Shown: piece after piece, positions 1 to 12,459 of the stretch
How positions within the stretch are numbered: position 1 is the stretch's first letter
Layout: each line of letters opens with the position of its first letter
Assembly: GCF_004010195.1 (NCBI RefSeq)
Contig: NC_057719.1
Coordinates: 60,790,158 to 60,844,612 of the forward strand
Direction of reading: 5' to 3'
Length of the DNA stretch: 54,455 nucleotides
Source: Chiloscyllium plagiosum
Taxonomy: Eukaryota
Program-made: the position numbers and the translations under genes
Notes under the pieces: generated by a model
Databases searched by the model: none
Seen by the model: only the letters and a program-made list of their open reading frames with translations
What the model was told of the DNA's origin: nothing

Positions 1-319
1 TCACTCAGTGGTATTGTAGAACAGCTCGGTCAGAGCAGTGAATTGGAGCTAACCTTCACCAACTCCAGAGGTGTAGCTCCAGAGTTGATGTCACAGTTCA
101 AAAAGTGACACAGGACAGGAGGATTGCTTCTCAGGAACCAAATCTAGGGACTGAATGAGTAGAACCTGAAAGAAGACTGAATGTAAAATCTTTCTTTTTT
201 GTCATTTATAATTTGTTAGGAATAGAGAGAGAGGGAGAGAGGAAAAAAATCTGATTTGGTAAGTGTAGGTAAGGTTGAGTAATTGGTTTGTAGATGATTG
301 CTTGTAGGTGATGAGTTTA

Positions 320-1140
320 AAATGCCAAGAGAACTGAGCCCTGTGGAATGCTCCTCCTGCAATCTGTGGGAAATCAGGGATACTTCCAATGTCCATGGTG
401 ACCACTTATGCAAAAAGTGTGTTCATCTGCTACTCGTGATTAACAGCAGGATGTGATTGGAGCTATGGACAGATTCACTATAGAGCCTCCATGATCCTGG
501 TGACGTTGTGAATAGCATGTTTAGCAAGATGGTCACACCAGAAGAAAGGGCTACACAGGTGGAAAAGCATTGGATGACCACTAGGAAAACTAGCGAGTGT
601 GGGCAGGCATTGCAGATATCCCCTGTGACCATCCCTATCCAAAAGAAAATATACCATGTTGGATACTACTGGGGGAAATGACCTCTCAGGGGAAAATGGC
701 AAAAGCCAAGTTTCTGGTAGTATGGTTGGGTGTGCTACATATGAGTGGGAAAAGACTGGGAGAGCTTTAGTGATAGGGGATTTGATTATAAGGGGGACTG
801 ACAGGCAGATCTGTGGCAGCAAATGAGATTCTTGAATGGTATGCTGCCTCCCTGGTCCAGGGTTGTAAATGTCTCAAAGTAACTGCAGGGCACCTGAAGC
901 AGGAGAGTGAACAGCCAGCAGTTGTAGTACCTTTGGGTACCAAAATCATGAATTCAAATAAAAGAAATGAGGTTCTTCAACAGGAATCTAGTGAGTTAGG
1001 CAGTCAATTAAAGAGGATAATTACTAAACTTGCAATGTCCAGATTGCTTCCAGTGCCACACATGACTGAATATAAAGAATTGGACGATAGGTCAGATGAA
1101 CAGTAAAAGGATGGTGTAGGGGGGAAGAGCTTTACATTTT
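320..1140 (+). mobile_element. CR1 LINE ORF1 remnant (zinc finger + SGNH esterase), degraded
   Basis: Manual translation gives PVECSSCNLWE...HLCKKCVHL (CxxC..CxxC) and ALVIGDLIIRGTDRQICG..MVCCLPG with stops; homologous to 6250-7180. Confidence 0.85.
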
Positions 1141-1269
1141 GCTCCCCTTCCAGAAACATGTTATATAAAATATAGAATCAATTTATAACATAGCATATCT
1201 TTAATAATCCATCTTCCTCCAAATTCTGTCCTCTGCAGCTAACCTCCAGGGCTATACCTTTTCTTGTCA

Positions 1270-1845
1270 CAGACATACCTATCACAACATTACCATGTAT
1301 CAAATATCTTCTAATGCCCTGTGTGCAATCTCTTTCAGCGTTGTCTAAAATGTTCAGCTGTTTAGTATTTACACACTAGCTTTAGGCATGAAGTTGGCTT
1401 CACCATTCACACATTTCATAACTAGCTCAAACTCCTTGCTTGTTCCATCAGTTCAAAGATTACTGCTCTAGCTGTGCTGAAAATTAAGACATGAATGAAT
1501 GATCATTTTCTCCAATTCAAAGTTAGAAAAGTGAGCAGCACAATTCTGCTCAAATTCTGAAACCATCAATATGCCTCTAGCATCAGGTTCAACATACACC
1601 ACTGCTAGAGACAAAACATAAGCAAGTTTCCTCCATCTCTGTATCAATGTCTGCTTCTTTCCATATCTTTCCTCACCATCAATGAAACCATAATTTATGC
1701 CTATGTTACATTGGTGTTTGATTTCTCTAATGCTCTAACTTGCACCCTTCACTACAACAAGCTGTAACTCACTCAGATGGTACAGCCCTATGCCCTCACT
1801 AATGCAAAGTCTCATTACCCACACCACCCTTCAAGCTGCATTGCT
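1270..1845 (+). mobile_element. Ancient L2 LINE RT fragment
   Basis: Residual motifs IKT*MNDHFLQF (~1480-1520) and ETIIYAYVTLVFDFSNAL (~1685-1737) resemble L2 WM..NFLQLN and ETLIHAFVTSRLDYSNAL. Confidence 0.6.
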
Positions 1846-1849
1846 TCAG

Positions 1850-1918
1850 AGGGCCAGTGCGGACTCGATGATCCAAATGGCCATTATTTGCACTGTAGGG
1901 ATTCTATGATTTTTATGA
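1850..1918 (+). mobile_element. CR1-type 3' tail fragment
   Basis: ggactcgatgatccaaatggcc...gattctatgatt terminal motif shared with other CR1 tails in the window. Confidence 0.6.
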
Positions 1919-1959
1919 ATAGGTTAGTTCAGTCAAGTTGATAGCTGAGACATAGTTTA

Positions 1960-2800
1960 TGACAGTTAGAATGAGGACTGCAGAGAGAGAACAACAGGTC
2001 AACATAAAATTACAGATAAACTCTGGTGCATCAAACATCATCCTGACCTCACAGACCTGTGCCAAGTCATTGAATATGTCAATCCAAAAATGAAGCTCTG
2101 AAAATAGGATCAACACTATATGACAGCACAATACTTGTGCTGAGAATACAGATTTCTCCATGAGTACACTGAAATAAAATGAATGACCATCTGGATTTTC
2201 AGGTCAGAGACAGCAAGCAAATGTCACTTATCTGAGCAAGTCTAAATCTTGGACTGGTAATACTTAACGTACCGAGGTGTTATAGCATACTAAACCATTG
2301 AATGTTGAACACAATGTACATATATACAAAGTAATGTTGGCAGGATTAGGATGTCTCCCAGGAGAATATCATCTCAAAGTAGAGCATTGTCCAATACACT
2401 AATTCATCATCTACTGAGCAAAGTTCCAGCTATATGCAAAACCAGTCTAAAGACAAGATAGAGGACATAGAAAAGAAGGGAGCAAATCAAGAAAGTGAAA
2501 ACTCCTACAGAATGGATTGGCAGCAGTGAAACAACCTGGAGAGCTGAGAGTATGTACAGACCTAAGATAAACTATCAAGAGACTTCACTACCACAAGCAA
2601 AGGCAAAAAAATCCTTAGCATCCTAGATGTGAAGGTTGATTCCTGGGAAGTAAAGCTAAAAGAAAACAGCAGCTTCCTAATTACATTCTGGGTGCCCTTT
2701 GAGAGATTCACATGGCTGGTCATGCTGTTTGGCATTTCCTTTGCTTCTGAAGACCATCAACATAGTCAAATAGTTAGTGATCTTCCGTGAGTAATTGTTA
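1960..2800 (+). mobile_element. Gypsy/Ty3 pol remnant (protease + RT N-terminal part)
   Basis: KLQINSGASNI (decayed D[ST]G protease motif, ~2007) and ILSILDVKVDSWEVKLKENSSFLITFWVPFERFTWLVMLFGISFASE (~2610-2752), typical Gypsy RT. Confidence 0.8.
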
Positions 2801-2804
2801 TAAG

Positions 2805-4670
2805 AGGCTGTCCTGTCAGGGGCACAGAAAGGAGATTCTGCGGCTGTGAGGGAAAATTCAGGATGATATGTTGTTTCCCTGGTGTCAAGGTCAAGGACAT
2901 CTTAAATCAGTTCCAGCATATCGTCAAAGGGGAGAGAGAGAAGCCAGAAGTTGTCATACACATTGGTAAGAATGATATAGTTAGGTAAAGGGTTGCGGCT
3001 TTGCCGAGTGAATATATGAAGTTAGGTAGGAGATTAAAAAGTAGAACCTCAAAGCTTGTAATCTCTGGATAACTCCCAGGGCCATGTGCTAGTGACAGTA
3101 GAAATAATAATATAGGACAGATAAATCAATGGCTGAGGAGATAGTGCAGTGGAAAAAGATTCAGGTTTTTGGATCATTGGCATTTCTCTGGGACAGAAAA
3201 GATCTGTTCAAAAGGGACAGTTTTCACCTGAACTGGAGGGCAACCAGTTTTGTTAGGTCCATTCAGGAGCTTTTTAAACTAGTGGGTGGGTGTGGGAGGG
3301 GATTCTGACTTTGCTGGTGGGTAAGTTGTTGGAAGTGATTCTGAAAGATAGGATTTATATGTATTTGGAGAGGCAAGTAATGATTAGGGATAGTCAGCAT
3401 GGTTTTGTGCAATGGAAATCATGTCTCGTAAACTTGATTGAGTTTTTTGAGGAAGTAATGAAGAACATTGATGACGGCAGACATTGTTTATTGAGACTTC
3501 AGTAAAGACTTTGACGAAGTCCAACATGGTAGACTAATTAGTCAAGTTAGATTACATGGGATTCAAGGTGAGCTTGCCAATTGGATACAAAATTGGTTTA
3601 ACGACAAAAGACAGAGAATGATGGTGGAGGGTTGTTTTTCAGACTGGAGACCTCTAATCAGCAGTGTTCCAAACGGACCGATGCTGGGTCCAGTTTTGTT
3701 TGTCGTTTATATAAATGATTTAAATGAGGATATAGAAAGCATGGTTAGTTAGTTTGCGGATGACACCAACATTGGTGGTATAGCATCACAAAGGGTGGCA
3801 AAGCCTCAACCCTTTACCTAACTATACCATTGGAAAAGCATGCCGGTCAGATAGCATCCGAGGAGCAGGAGAGTCAACGTTTCGAGCATAAGCTCTTCAT
3901 CAGGCATTGTTGTAGAACACACAGACCTCGCGGTTCAGGCACATAATTCTTTGAAGTTTGCATCATGTAGATAATGTGGTTAAGAAGACATTTTGCACGC
4001 TTGCCTTCATTGCTCAGGCCTTTGAATATACGAGTTTAAAGCAGGAGTTGGGATGTTATATTGAGGTTGTGCAGGATATTGGTGAGGCCTCTTCTGGAGT
4101 ACTGTGTCCAGTTCCGGTTGTCCTGTTACAGAATAGATATTGTTAAGCTAAACAGGATTCAGAAGAGATTTACCAGGATGTTGCTGGGAATGGAGTGTTT
4201 GAGTTATAAGGAGAGGCTGGATAAACCAGGACTTTTTCACTGGAGCTTAGGAGGTTGAGAGGTGACTTTATAGAAGTTTAGAAAATAATGAGGGATGTGC
4301 ACGAGGTGAATGTCAGGAGTCGTTTCCCTCCGGTGGGGGAAATGTCAAGATTGGGGGTATATTTTTATGTGGTGAAAGTGAACAACCGGATATTTTTAAG
4401 GTGAGAGGACAAAGATTTAAAAAGGATGTGAGAGGCAATTTTTTTTACACAGAGTGATTCATGTGTGGAATGAACTTCCTGAGAAAGTGGTGGATATGGC
4501 TACAGTTAGAACTTATAGTTAAAAGACATGTAAATAGTACACAAATAGGAAATGTTTGGAAGGATCTGGGCCAAGCTCAGGTAGGTAGGACTAGTTTAGT
4601 TTGGGATTATGGTTGGCATGGACTGGTTGGCCCGAAGAGTCTGTTTTTGTGCTGGATGACTCTATGACTG
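2805..4670 (+). mobile_element. CR1 LINE: ORF1 esterase fragment joined to ORF2 RT 3' part and tail
   Basis: MICCFPGVKVKD (ORF1); IRDSQHGFVQWKSCLVNLIEFFEEV, FADDT, LVRPLLEYCVQF (ORF2); tail gactctatgact at ~4658-4670. Confidence 0.9.
3830..3905 (-). mobile_element. Short PLE terminal fragment with hammerhead motif, inside CR1
   Basis: Homologous to terminus 39571-39650; minus strand CTGATGAAGAGCTTATGCTCGAAACGTT. Confidence 0.75.
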
Positions 4671-4784
4671 TAATTCTAGAAGAGAAAACAGAAAGACAGA
4701 TGAGAATGGTTCTCAAGTTAGAGAGAACGTTAATTAAAAAGGCTGGCAACAGCAAGGCAGAGAACAAGGTAACTGATGAATTAA

Positions 4785-5710
4785 AACTGCATTTATTTCA
4801 ATGCAAGGGATCTTACAAGTAAGGCAGATGAACTCAGGGCATGTATGGGAACATTGTACTGGGGCATCAAAGCAGAAACATGGCTGAAGGAGAGACAGAT
4901 GTTAATGTTTTGGGTTTAGATGCCAAAGGAAGGACAGAAAGGGAGGCAAGAAAGGAAAGGTGGGTTTTGATTAAGAAAACTTTACTGCTTTACTTAGGAA
5001 GAATATTTCTGACAGATTGTCCAGTGAAACTATATGGGGGGAACTCAGAAATAAGAAGGGGATGATCACCTTGATGGGATTGTACTATTGGGCACCCAAT
5101 AGTCAGCAGGAAACTAAGGAGCAAATACATAGAAGATCCAAGATATCAGATCTCAGGAGTGGCAGATGGGAGTTGAATTTAGATAAATGGGCGATGCTGT
5201 ATTTTGAAAAGGCAAATCAGGGCAGGACTTTTCCAATTAATGGTAAGGTCTGGGGAGTGTAGCTGAACAAAGAGACCTGAGTACAGGTTCATAGTTCCTT
5301 GAAAGTGAATTGAAGAAGGCATTTGGTATGCTTGCTTTTATTGGTCAGTGCATTGAGTATCGGAGTTGGGATGTTATGTTGCGGTTGTACAAGACATTGG
5401 TTATCCACTTTAGGAATACTGCATTTATTTCTGGTCCCCCTGCTGTTGCTTGAAACTTGAAAGGGTTCTGAAAAGACTTACAAGGATGTTGCCAGGGTTG
5501 GAGGATTTGAGCTATAAGGTGAGGCTGTATAGGCTGGGGTTAATTTCCCAGGAGCATTGGTGACCTTACAGAAGTTTATAAAATCATGAGGGGCATAGAT
5601 AGGGTGAATAGCCAAGTTTTTTTTCCCCAGGGTAGCAAAGTCTAAAAGTAGAGAGCACAGGTTTAAGGTGAGAGGGGAAAGATTTAAAAGGGATCTAAGG
5701 TGCAACTATC
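4785..5710 (+). mobile_element. CR1 ORF2 fragments (endonuclease start, RT C-terminal part)
   Basis: SSETIWGELRNKKGMITLMGLYY (EN); WELNLDKWAMLYF and downstream RT C-terminal homology. Confidence 0.85.
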
Positions 5711-5711
5711 T

Positions 5712-7465
5712 TAATTTTCTCAGCAGTAGTTGCAGTGGGAGGAACAACAGCAAGGACCAGAGGCCCGATGGGAAGGTAGGAGTAAGTTTAAAAACTTACC
5801 TCGGGAGTTCAGCGTTCTTCATTTTTTCGGTAGCAATTGCAGTGGGAGGAGCAACAGCAAGGAAGGTAGGAATAAAGTTTAAAAACTCGTGTACAGGCAG
5901 AGCGCACACTGAGCAGGAGTGGACATGGGACTGCTGGATAAGTGAGGCTTATTATTTGGGTAAAAAAAGGACTGCAGATGCTGGAAACCAGAGTCTAGAT
6001 TAGAGTGGTGCTGGAAAAGCACAGCAGGTCAGGCAGCATCCAAGGAGCAGGAAAATCGACGTTTCTGGCAAAAGCCCTTCATCAGGAATATTATTTAGGT
6101 GGTTGCTTTACCTGAAACACTACTCAGGTAGTGTCTCCCACCCATCATCCTCCTCTAAACAAAAAGAAAGGTTCTGTGATAAGGTGAGTGGTCTTTCTTT
6201 TCCCTCACTTTTAGTTTTCAATAGGCTTTTTGGGAATTTAGAATAGTGGGAATGGATATTAGGGCAGTTGAATGTTCCTCCTGCAGAATGTGAGAGATAA
6301 GGATCACCACTACTGTCCCTGCTGACTACAGCTGCGGGAAGTGCACCTAACTTCAGCCCCTCAAAAACTGCTTTATGGACCTGGAGCTGGAGCTGGTTGA
6401 ATTTCAGATCATTCGGGAGGCAGAGAGGGTTATTGAGAGGAGTTACAGGGAGGTAGTCACACCTCAGGTAAAAGAAGAAAGTAGATGGGTTACCATTAGG
6501 GGACGGAAAAGGAACCAGAAGGCATTGCAGGGATCCCCTATTGCCGTTCCCCTCAGCAACAAGTACACTGTTTTGGATACATTTGGGGAAATGACTTACC
6601 AGGGATAAGCAAAGGGGCACAGGACTCTGGTACAGAGTCTGTCCCTGTTGCTCAGAAGGGAAGGGGAAGAGGAGCAGACCATTAGTCATTGGGGACTCCA
6701 TAGTTAGGGAAACAGACAGGGGGTTCTGTGAGAATGAGAGAGACTCACGGTTGGTGTGTGTTGCCTCCCAGGTGCCAGGGTTCATGACGTTTCTGATTGT
6801 GTTTTCCAGGGGGGAGGGGGAGCATCCCCAAGTTGTGGTCCACATATGCACCAACAACATAGGTAGGAAGAGAGAAGGGGATTTAAGGCAGAAATTCAGG
6901 GAGCTAGGGTGGAAGCTAAGAACTTGGACAAACAGAGTTGTTAGCTCTGGCTTGTTACCCGTGCCACATGCTAGCAAGGCGAGGAATAGGGAGAGAGGGG
7001 AGGTGAACACATGGCTACAGCAATGAAACAGGAGGGAGGGTTTGGATTCCTGGATAATTGGGGCTCTTTCAGGGATAGGTGGGACCTCTACAAACAAGAT
7101 GGCCTTCACCTGAACCAGAGGGGTATCAATATCCTCGGGGGGAAGTTTGCTAATGCTCTTCGGGTGGGTTTAAACTAATTCAGCCGGGGAAGGGAACCTA
7201 AATTGTAGTTTGAGTAGAGAGGAGGTTGAGAGTAGGGAGGTCCAAAATAAGGTTTCAGGGTTGCAAGAGGGCACCGGCAAGCAAAATGTTGTTTTGAAGT
7301 GTGTCTATTTCATCACTAGGAGCATCCGGAATAAGGCAAATGAACTTGCAGTATGGGTCGGTACCTGGGATTTTGATGTTGTGGACATTTCAGAGACATG
7401 GGTAGAGCAGGGACAGGAATGGTTGTTGCCGATTCCGGGATTTAGATGTTTTAGTAAGAACAGAG
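5712..7465 (+). mobile_element. CR1 5' portion: repetitive 5' UTR, ORF1, start of ORF2 endonuclease
   Basis: AVECSSCR..CGKC zinc finger, PLVIGDSIVRETDR (GDS esterase motif), LKCVYFITRSIRNKANEL..DVVDISETW (EN); frameshifted. Confidence 0.9.
5962..6088 (-). mobile_element. Short PLE terminal element with hammerhead motif
   Basis: Reverse complement of the 39568-39696 terminus; flanked by tattatttgggt (5950-5961) and tattatttaggt (6089-6100). Confidence 0.85.
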
Positions 7466-7797
7466 ACATGCATGAGAATTCCGAGAAGCATGGCATTCCA
7501 ACCGGAACTCTATCAACAAACACATTGACTTGGACCCCACTTACCACCTCCTGAGAAAAAGAACAGGAAATGGCATCACTGCCAGAAATGACATCATCAC
7601 ATGACATGACAACACCAACCCACGGAAACCTAAAAATATAAATAGAAAGTAGGCCATGCCACCGGTGCTTCATCTGGAGGCTCACTGATGATGACACCTA
7701 GTATGATGATGAAACATCTGAAAACGAACCCTCCAGTTCAGTGAGCAAGCCTACATCCAGAATCTCGACCTGAGCTACAAATCTCAAATCTCACTAA
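7465..7797 (+). mobile_element. Penelope-like element 3' end (GIY-YIG C-terminus + pLTR)
   Basis: EAWHSNRNSINKHIDLDP matches EAWHSSTDSINKHIDLDS of the 35127-35393 ORF; carries hammerhead motif. Confidence 0.85.
7682..7721 (+). ncRNA. Minimal type I hammerhead ribozyme motif (stem II partly decayed)
   Basis: tca CTGATGA tgacacctagtatgatgat GAAA c ATC tga; stem I tca/tga. Confidence 0.65.
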
Positions 7798-7799
7798 TT

Positions 7800-9210
7800 C
7801 TCAGCACTGTCAAAAGCAATAATCACCCTCTGTGCACAAGTGAAGAAATCAGACATGTCATGCAAGATTGAGAAATTAAACACCACACATATCTTTATAC
7901 TGCGCACAGTCAAATGGATAAGTTGAGGCAGCAGTGAAAATCCCCAAAGTATTGAAATAAATTAAATAAATTCCACACAGCTGTATACAAGGCAAGTGAT
8001 GAGTGAAAATCTCACCCACCGAAAACATGTAAAGTAGTAAACATGTAAAGTGGGCAGCACGGTGGCACAGTGGTTAGCACTGCTGCCTCACAGCGCCAGA
8101 GATCCGGGTTCAATTCCCGCCTCAGGCGACTCACTGCGTGGAGTTTGCACGTTCTCCCCGTGTCTGCGTGGGTTTCCTCCAGGTGCTCCGGTTTCCTCCC
8201 ACAGTCCAAAGATGTGCAGGTAAGGTGAATTGGCCATGCTAAATTGCCCGTAGTGTTAGGTAAGGGGTAAATGTAGGGGTATGGGTGGGTTGCGCTTCGG
8301 CGGGTTGGTGTGGACTTGTTGGGCCGAAGAGCCTGTTTCCACACTGTAATGTAATCTAATCTAGTCCAAATAAATCTCCACACATATACAAGGCAAGCAC
8401 TGAGTGAAAAACGTACCCCTTGGAAGCATGTAAAGTAAGTCCAATACAAAGACTAATATCAAACCAGAACCACAAACTATGCTTTGATGAGTAGAAAAAA
8501 ATACTGAAGCCAGAAACAGTAACAAGCGAAATGCCAGAAAGCCAAATTTCATTTAATAATTTTTTTTATATATCATTGCAAGATATACCATTCCAAGTGA
8601 CAACTTGGGACCTGTGTGGAGCAGTTGTTACTTCAATTGTATGAGGTAAAAGTGAACAACCAGATAACTATCACGACTGCAGAGAAATAAGCCCAACTGC
8701 AGAACCTATTTACCACCTGCAGACTGCTGATCAGGAAGCGGTGAATGCACCAACTACATGGAAAACACATTAACCGTCAGGTCCAGAGATCTGTAGAATC
8801 CCAACAACAGAAACAGAGTAACAACAGCTAAAATAGCAAGAACAAATGACACAGGAATGACACTCTGATGAAAAAGCATCACCAAGGTGAACAGCCAATG
8901 ATAATGATACACATGCATACTATATAAATTATCAATACGGTTTAAGGACTATACGTATTCAATGCATACACAGAGACTGATGGACATAACTACTAAGACA
9001 TGAGAACAGTAGTTATACATAGTTAGTTATTTGTTTAACGAGAAATGCACATGATAATCCATGTCTTTTTTTGGTATCAAAAGAGGTTTAGATTGATATG
9101 GAATCATGGATAAATGCTGGTCATACCCTATCATTAGACCTCAATTACAAGGAACACACTCTGAAGGCAGATACCTTAAGTTTCACATCAATAAAGTCCT
9201 TGTGTTAGAT
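7800..9210 (+). mobile_element. Gypsy integrase remnant and probable 3' UTR/LTR, split by a SINE
   Basis: QSNG*VEAAVKIPK (~7908-7948), SPIQRLIS, LGTCVEQL; AATAAA at ~9190. LTR boundary not resolved. Confidence 0.65.
8052..8363 (+). mobile_element. Full-length HE1-type tRNA-derived V-SINE, little decayed
   Basis: A box TGGCACAGTGG, B box GGTTCAATTCC, V-domain gtggagtttgcacgttctccccgtgtctgcgtgggtttcctcc, (taatc)n tail. Confidence 0.92.
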
Positions 9211-9211
9211 A

Positions 9212-10545
9212 ACATAGAATGTAGAACAGTACAGCACAGTACAGGCTCTTTAGCCTTTGATGTTGTGACAACCTTTTATCCTACTCTCAGATCAAACTAA
9301 CTTCCATACCCTACATCTTACTATCATCCAGGTGCCTCTCCAAGAGTCACTTAAATGTCCCAAAAGTATCTGACTCTACTACCACCACTGGCAGTGTATT
9401 CCACATACCCACCACTCTCTGTGTAAAGAAACAACCTCTGACATCGCCCTTAAACTTTCCTCCAATCACCTTAAAACTATGACCCCTTGTGATAGCCATT
9501 TCTGCCCTGGGAAATAGTCTCTGAATATTCACTCTATCTATGCCTCCCATCATCTTGTACACCACTATCAAATTGCCTCTCACCCTTCTTCACTCCAATG
9601 AGAAAAGCCTTAGCTCCCTCAACCTTTCTTCATAAGACATGTCCTCCAGTCCAGGCAGCATCCTGGTAAATCTCCTCTGCACTCTCTCTGAAACTTCCAC
9701 ATCCTTCCCATAATAGGGTGACCAGAACTGAGCACAATATTCCAAGTGTAGTCTAATGTGGGCTCTATAGAGCTGCAGCATAACCTTGTGGCTCTTAAAC
9801 TCAATCCCTCTGCTAATGAAAGCCAACACACCATATTTCTTCTTGACAACCCTATCAACTTGGGTGGTAACTTTGAGGGATCAATGGACATGGACCCAAG
9901 ATCCTGCTGTTCCATTATACTGGCAAGAATCCTGCCTTTAACCCTGTAGTCTGCATACAAATTTGACCTTCCAAAATGAATCACTTCACACTTTTCCAGG
10001 TTGCACTCCATCTGTCACTAATCAGCCCAGTTCTGCATCCTGTCAATATCCCATTGCAACCTATAAAAGCCCTCCACACAAACCACCACTGCATCAACCT
10101 TCTTGTCATCAGCAAAGTTAATAACCCACCCTTTAACTGACTCATTCAAGTCATTTATAAAAATTACAAACAGCAGATGTTCCAGAACAGATCTCTGCAG
10201 AACACTACTGGTCACCAAGCTCCAGGCTGAATACATTCCATCTACTACCACCCTCTGTCTTCTATGGAGCAGCCAATTCTGTATCAAGACAGCCAGATTT
10301 CCCTGTATCCCATGGCTCCTTACTTTCTGAATGAGCCTATCATGGGAAACCTTATCAAATGCCTTGCTAAAATCCATGTACATGACATCCACTGCTCTAC
10401 TTTCATCAATGTGTTTTTTCACATCCTCAAAAGTTTAAATAAGACTTATGAGGCATTACCTGCCCTTCACAAAGCTATGCTGACTATCTATAATCAAACT
10501 TCCAAGTATTCATAAATCCTGTGTCTCAGATTCCTCACCAATAAT
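9212..10545 (-). mobile_element. CR1 ORF2 3' half with tail
   Basis: Minus ORFs AVDVMYMDFSKAFDKVSH, NFADD, HLEYCAQFWSP, FFTQRVVGMWNTLP. Confidence 0.92.
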
Positions 10546-10710
10546 TTGCCAGGGTCAGGGATGTCTTGGATTGAGTTCATGGGATTCTTAAGGGGCAGGG
10601 AGAGCAGCCAGAAGTCATGGTATGACAATGACATAGCTAGGAAAAGGGATGAGGACCTGAAAAGTGAATGTATGGAGTTAGGTTGGAAGCTAAAAGGCAA
10701 AGCAGTAATA
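10546..10710 (+). mobile_element. CR1 ORF1 esterase fragment
   Basis: NDIARKRDEDLKSECMELGWKLK homologous to NNIGRKREGDLRQKFRELGWKLR at ~6853-6920. Confidence 0.75.
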
Positions 10711-10945
10711 GTGTTGAACACTATTGTCTTACTATCAATACATTATCTATATATTATCTCGATTACACTATCAATGTTATACAATTATGAAATATAAAAA
10801 GACGATCAACAATGTGTGTCTTTTAAAAGTAATTTTCTGAGAATAGGAAATATCACATAGAGTAGGGAAATTTGACTTATGGCAAGAGCTTTCTTGAGCT
10901 GGGGATAGTTGGCTCGAGTCCAGAGTGTGGAAAGAGGGTTCAGGC

Positions 10946-11092
10946 TCGAGACTGTGGTGCTGGAAAAGCACAGCAGGTCAGGCAGCATGCAAGGAGCAGT
11001 GGAATTGATGTTTCGGACATAAGCCCTTCATCAGGATTCCTGCTCCACACTCTCGACTCTGATCTCTAGCATTTGCAGTCCTCACTTTCTCC
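10946..11092. mobile_element. Fold-back PLE mini-element with hammerhead motif (minus, 11007-11034)
   Basis: Inverted terminal segments; TSD aagagggttcaggc (10932-10945) / aagaggattcaggc (11093-11106). Confidence 0.8.
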
Positions 11093-11524
11093 AAGAGGAT
11101 TCAGGCGCATGGTGGGGGTTGGGTCTGGTGGTATGGGAAGAGAACTCAGGTCCTGTGGCATAGAAACAGCGGGGAAAGGTGTTGGGTTCCAGATTTTGAG
11201 GGTGGTGTTGCCTGATCAGGTGGCAGGAGTGTGTTCAGTTCCAGGGGTAGAGGGGATGTCATCAAGTTGAGTGGTGGTCAGGTATTGAGGGAGTGGGAAG
11301 AGTGGGTCAAAGTCTGTGGTTTTTGAGAGTCTGTCAGAGGTGTAGTTAAGGCTGCGTGAGGTAAGTTAAGGTTCACTAGATATGTAAAATTCTAGCTTTT
11401 ACTGAATAACTGTTCATTTGGCTGCAGCAGAATCCTACTAATTCTTCAATTTAAATGATACCTCTGGAGGGTTCTACCAATAGGGGATTGACAAACAGCT
11501 TCATGTTTATCATATATGCAAACA

Positions 11525-11730
11525 AACTCTGGAATTAAGAATCTAATGATGATCATAAAACAACTGTAAATTGTTGGAAAGACCTATCTAGCTCACTGAT
11601 GTCCTTTTGGAAAGGAAACTGCCATCCTTACCTTATCTGGCCCATAGGTGATTCCGGAACCACAGCGATGTTACTGGACTTTAAACTGCCTTCATGGTAA
11701 GTATGGATGGGCAAACACTGCCAAACACAT
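11525..11730 (+). mobile_element. SINE sharing 5' region with the tRNA-headed LINE at 24280
   Basis: ctggaattaagaatctaatgatgatcat...ggaaactgccatccttacc aligns by eye with 24329-24475 and 48470-48630. Confidence 0.7.
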
Positions 11731-11759
11731 TGTTGTCTCCTGTCTTTTGGCAGCATTCC

Positions 11760-12450
11760 CTCCGAAACACCCTGTTCTTTGGTACTCTGAACAATTCCTC
11801 ACCATTTTAAATGTACCTTCCCCAGCAATCACAGAAACGGTAACACTTGCCCTTTTACCATCCTCCATTACTGACTGTCCCAGACCCAACTTCCAAGTAA
11901 AGCTGTGATTTGCTTCTACTTCTTTCAATCTCCTCTATTCTATTTGTTTTCCCTTATTTGATTTCTCCCGAATTGATGTCAGAATGCAGACTGTATGAGC
12001 GCTTTGCAGAACATCTCCACTTTATCTTTACGAACGACCTCAACTTGCCAATTATAATTTCAATACACCATTTTGCTCTAATGCTCACTTTCTGCACATA
12101 GAGCAAACTGCAGGAACACCACATTATTTGCTTACACATTTTCCAACATTCATGACTCAACATTACGTTCAATAACTTCAGAGATTTCACAGCATGCATG
12201 TGCCTTCCATTTATAATACACCTTATACTCCTTTGACTCCCAATTAATGTCTTGCTGGTATGGGTTAGGTCTTAGCAGAACTTACCTATTTTATTCTATT
12301 CACACCTATTTTGCATCTATTTCTCTCCTTTACTGTAAATAACACTTCTTTTGATTTTTGTTCAGTGCAACATCATCATCTTTTCCACTCACTCCTCCTT
12401 TGTCATCAACATAAAGCATCAGTTTTAAGCCTCTTTCAGTTCCAATGAAG
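11760..12450 (+). mobile_element. Old Penelope-like element, GIY-YIG region and 3' end
   Basis: FQVKL*FASTSFNLLYSI and RLYERFAEHL..LPI resemble PLE GIY-YIG; pLTR appears to continue at 13655-13730 after the CR1. Confidence 0.65.
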
Positions 12451-12459
12451 AGATTTTGG

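Noticed and set aside
6120..7109. 329-aa minus-strand ORF
   Set aside because: Antisense shadow of CR1 ORF1; no recognisable domain
8052..8130. tRNA gene
   Set aside because: tRNA-derived head continuing into SINE body; several copies
10500..10710. Twin-priming inversion of one CR1
   Set aside because: Joins RT to ORF1, kilobases apart in the consensus, and no TSD found; two insertions explain it equally well
11107..11380. G/T-rich stretch as structured or coding element
   Set aside because: No motif, periodicity or ORF I can support
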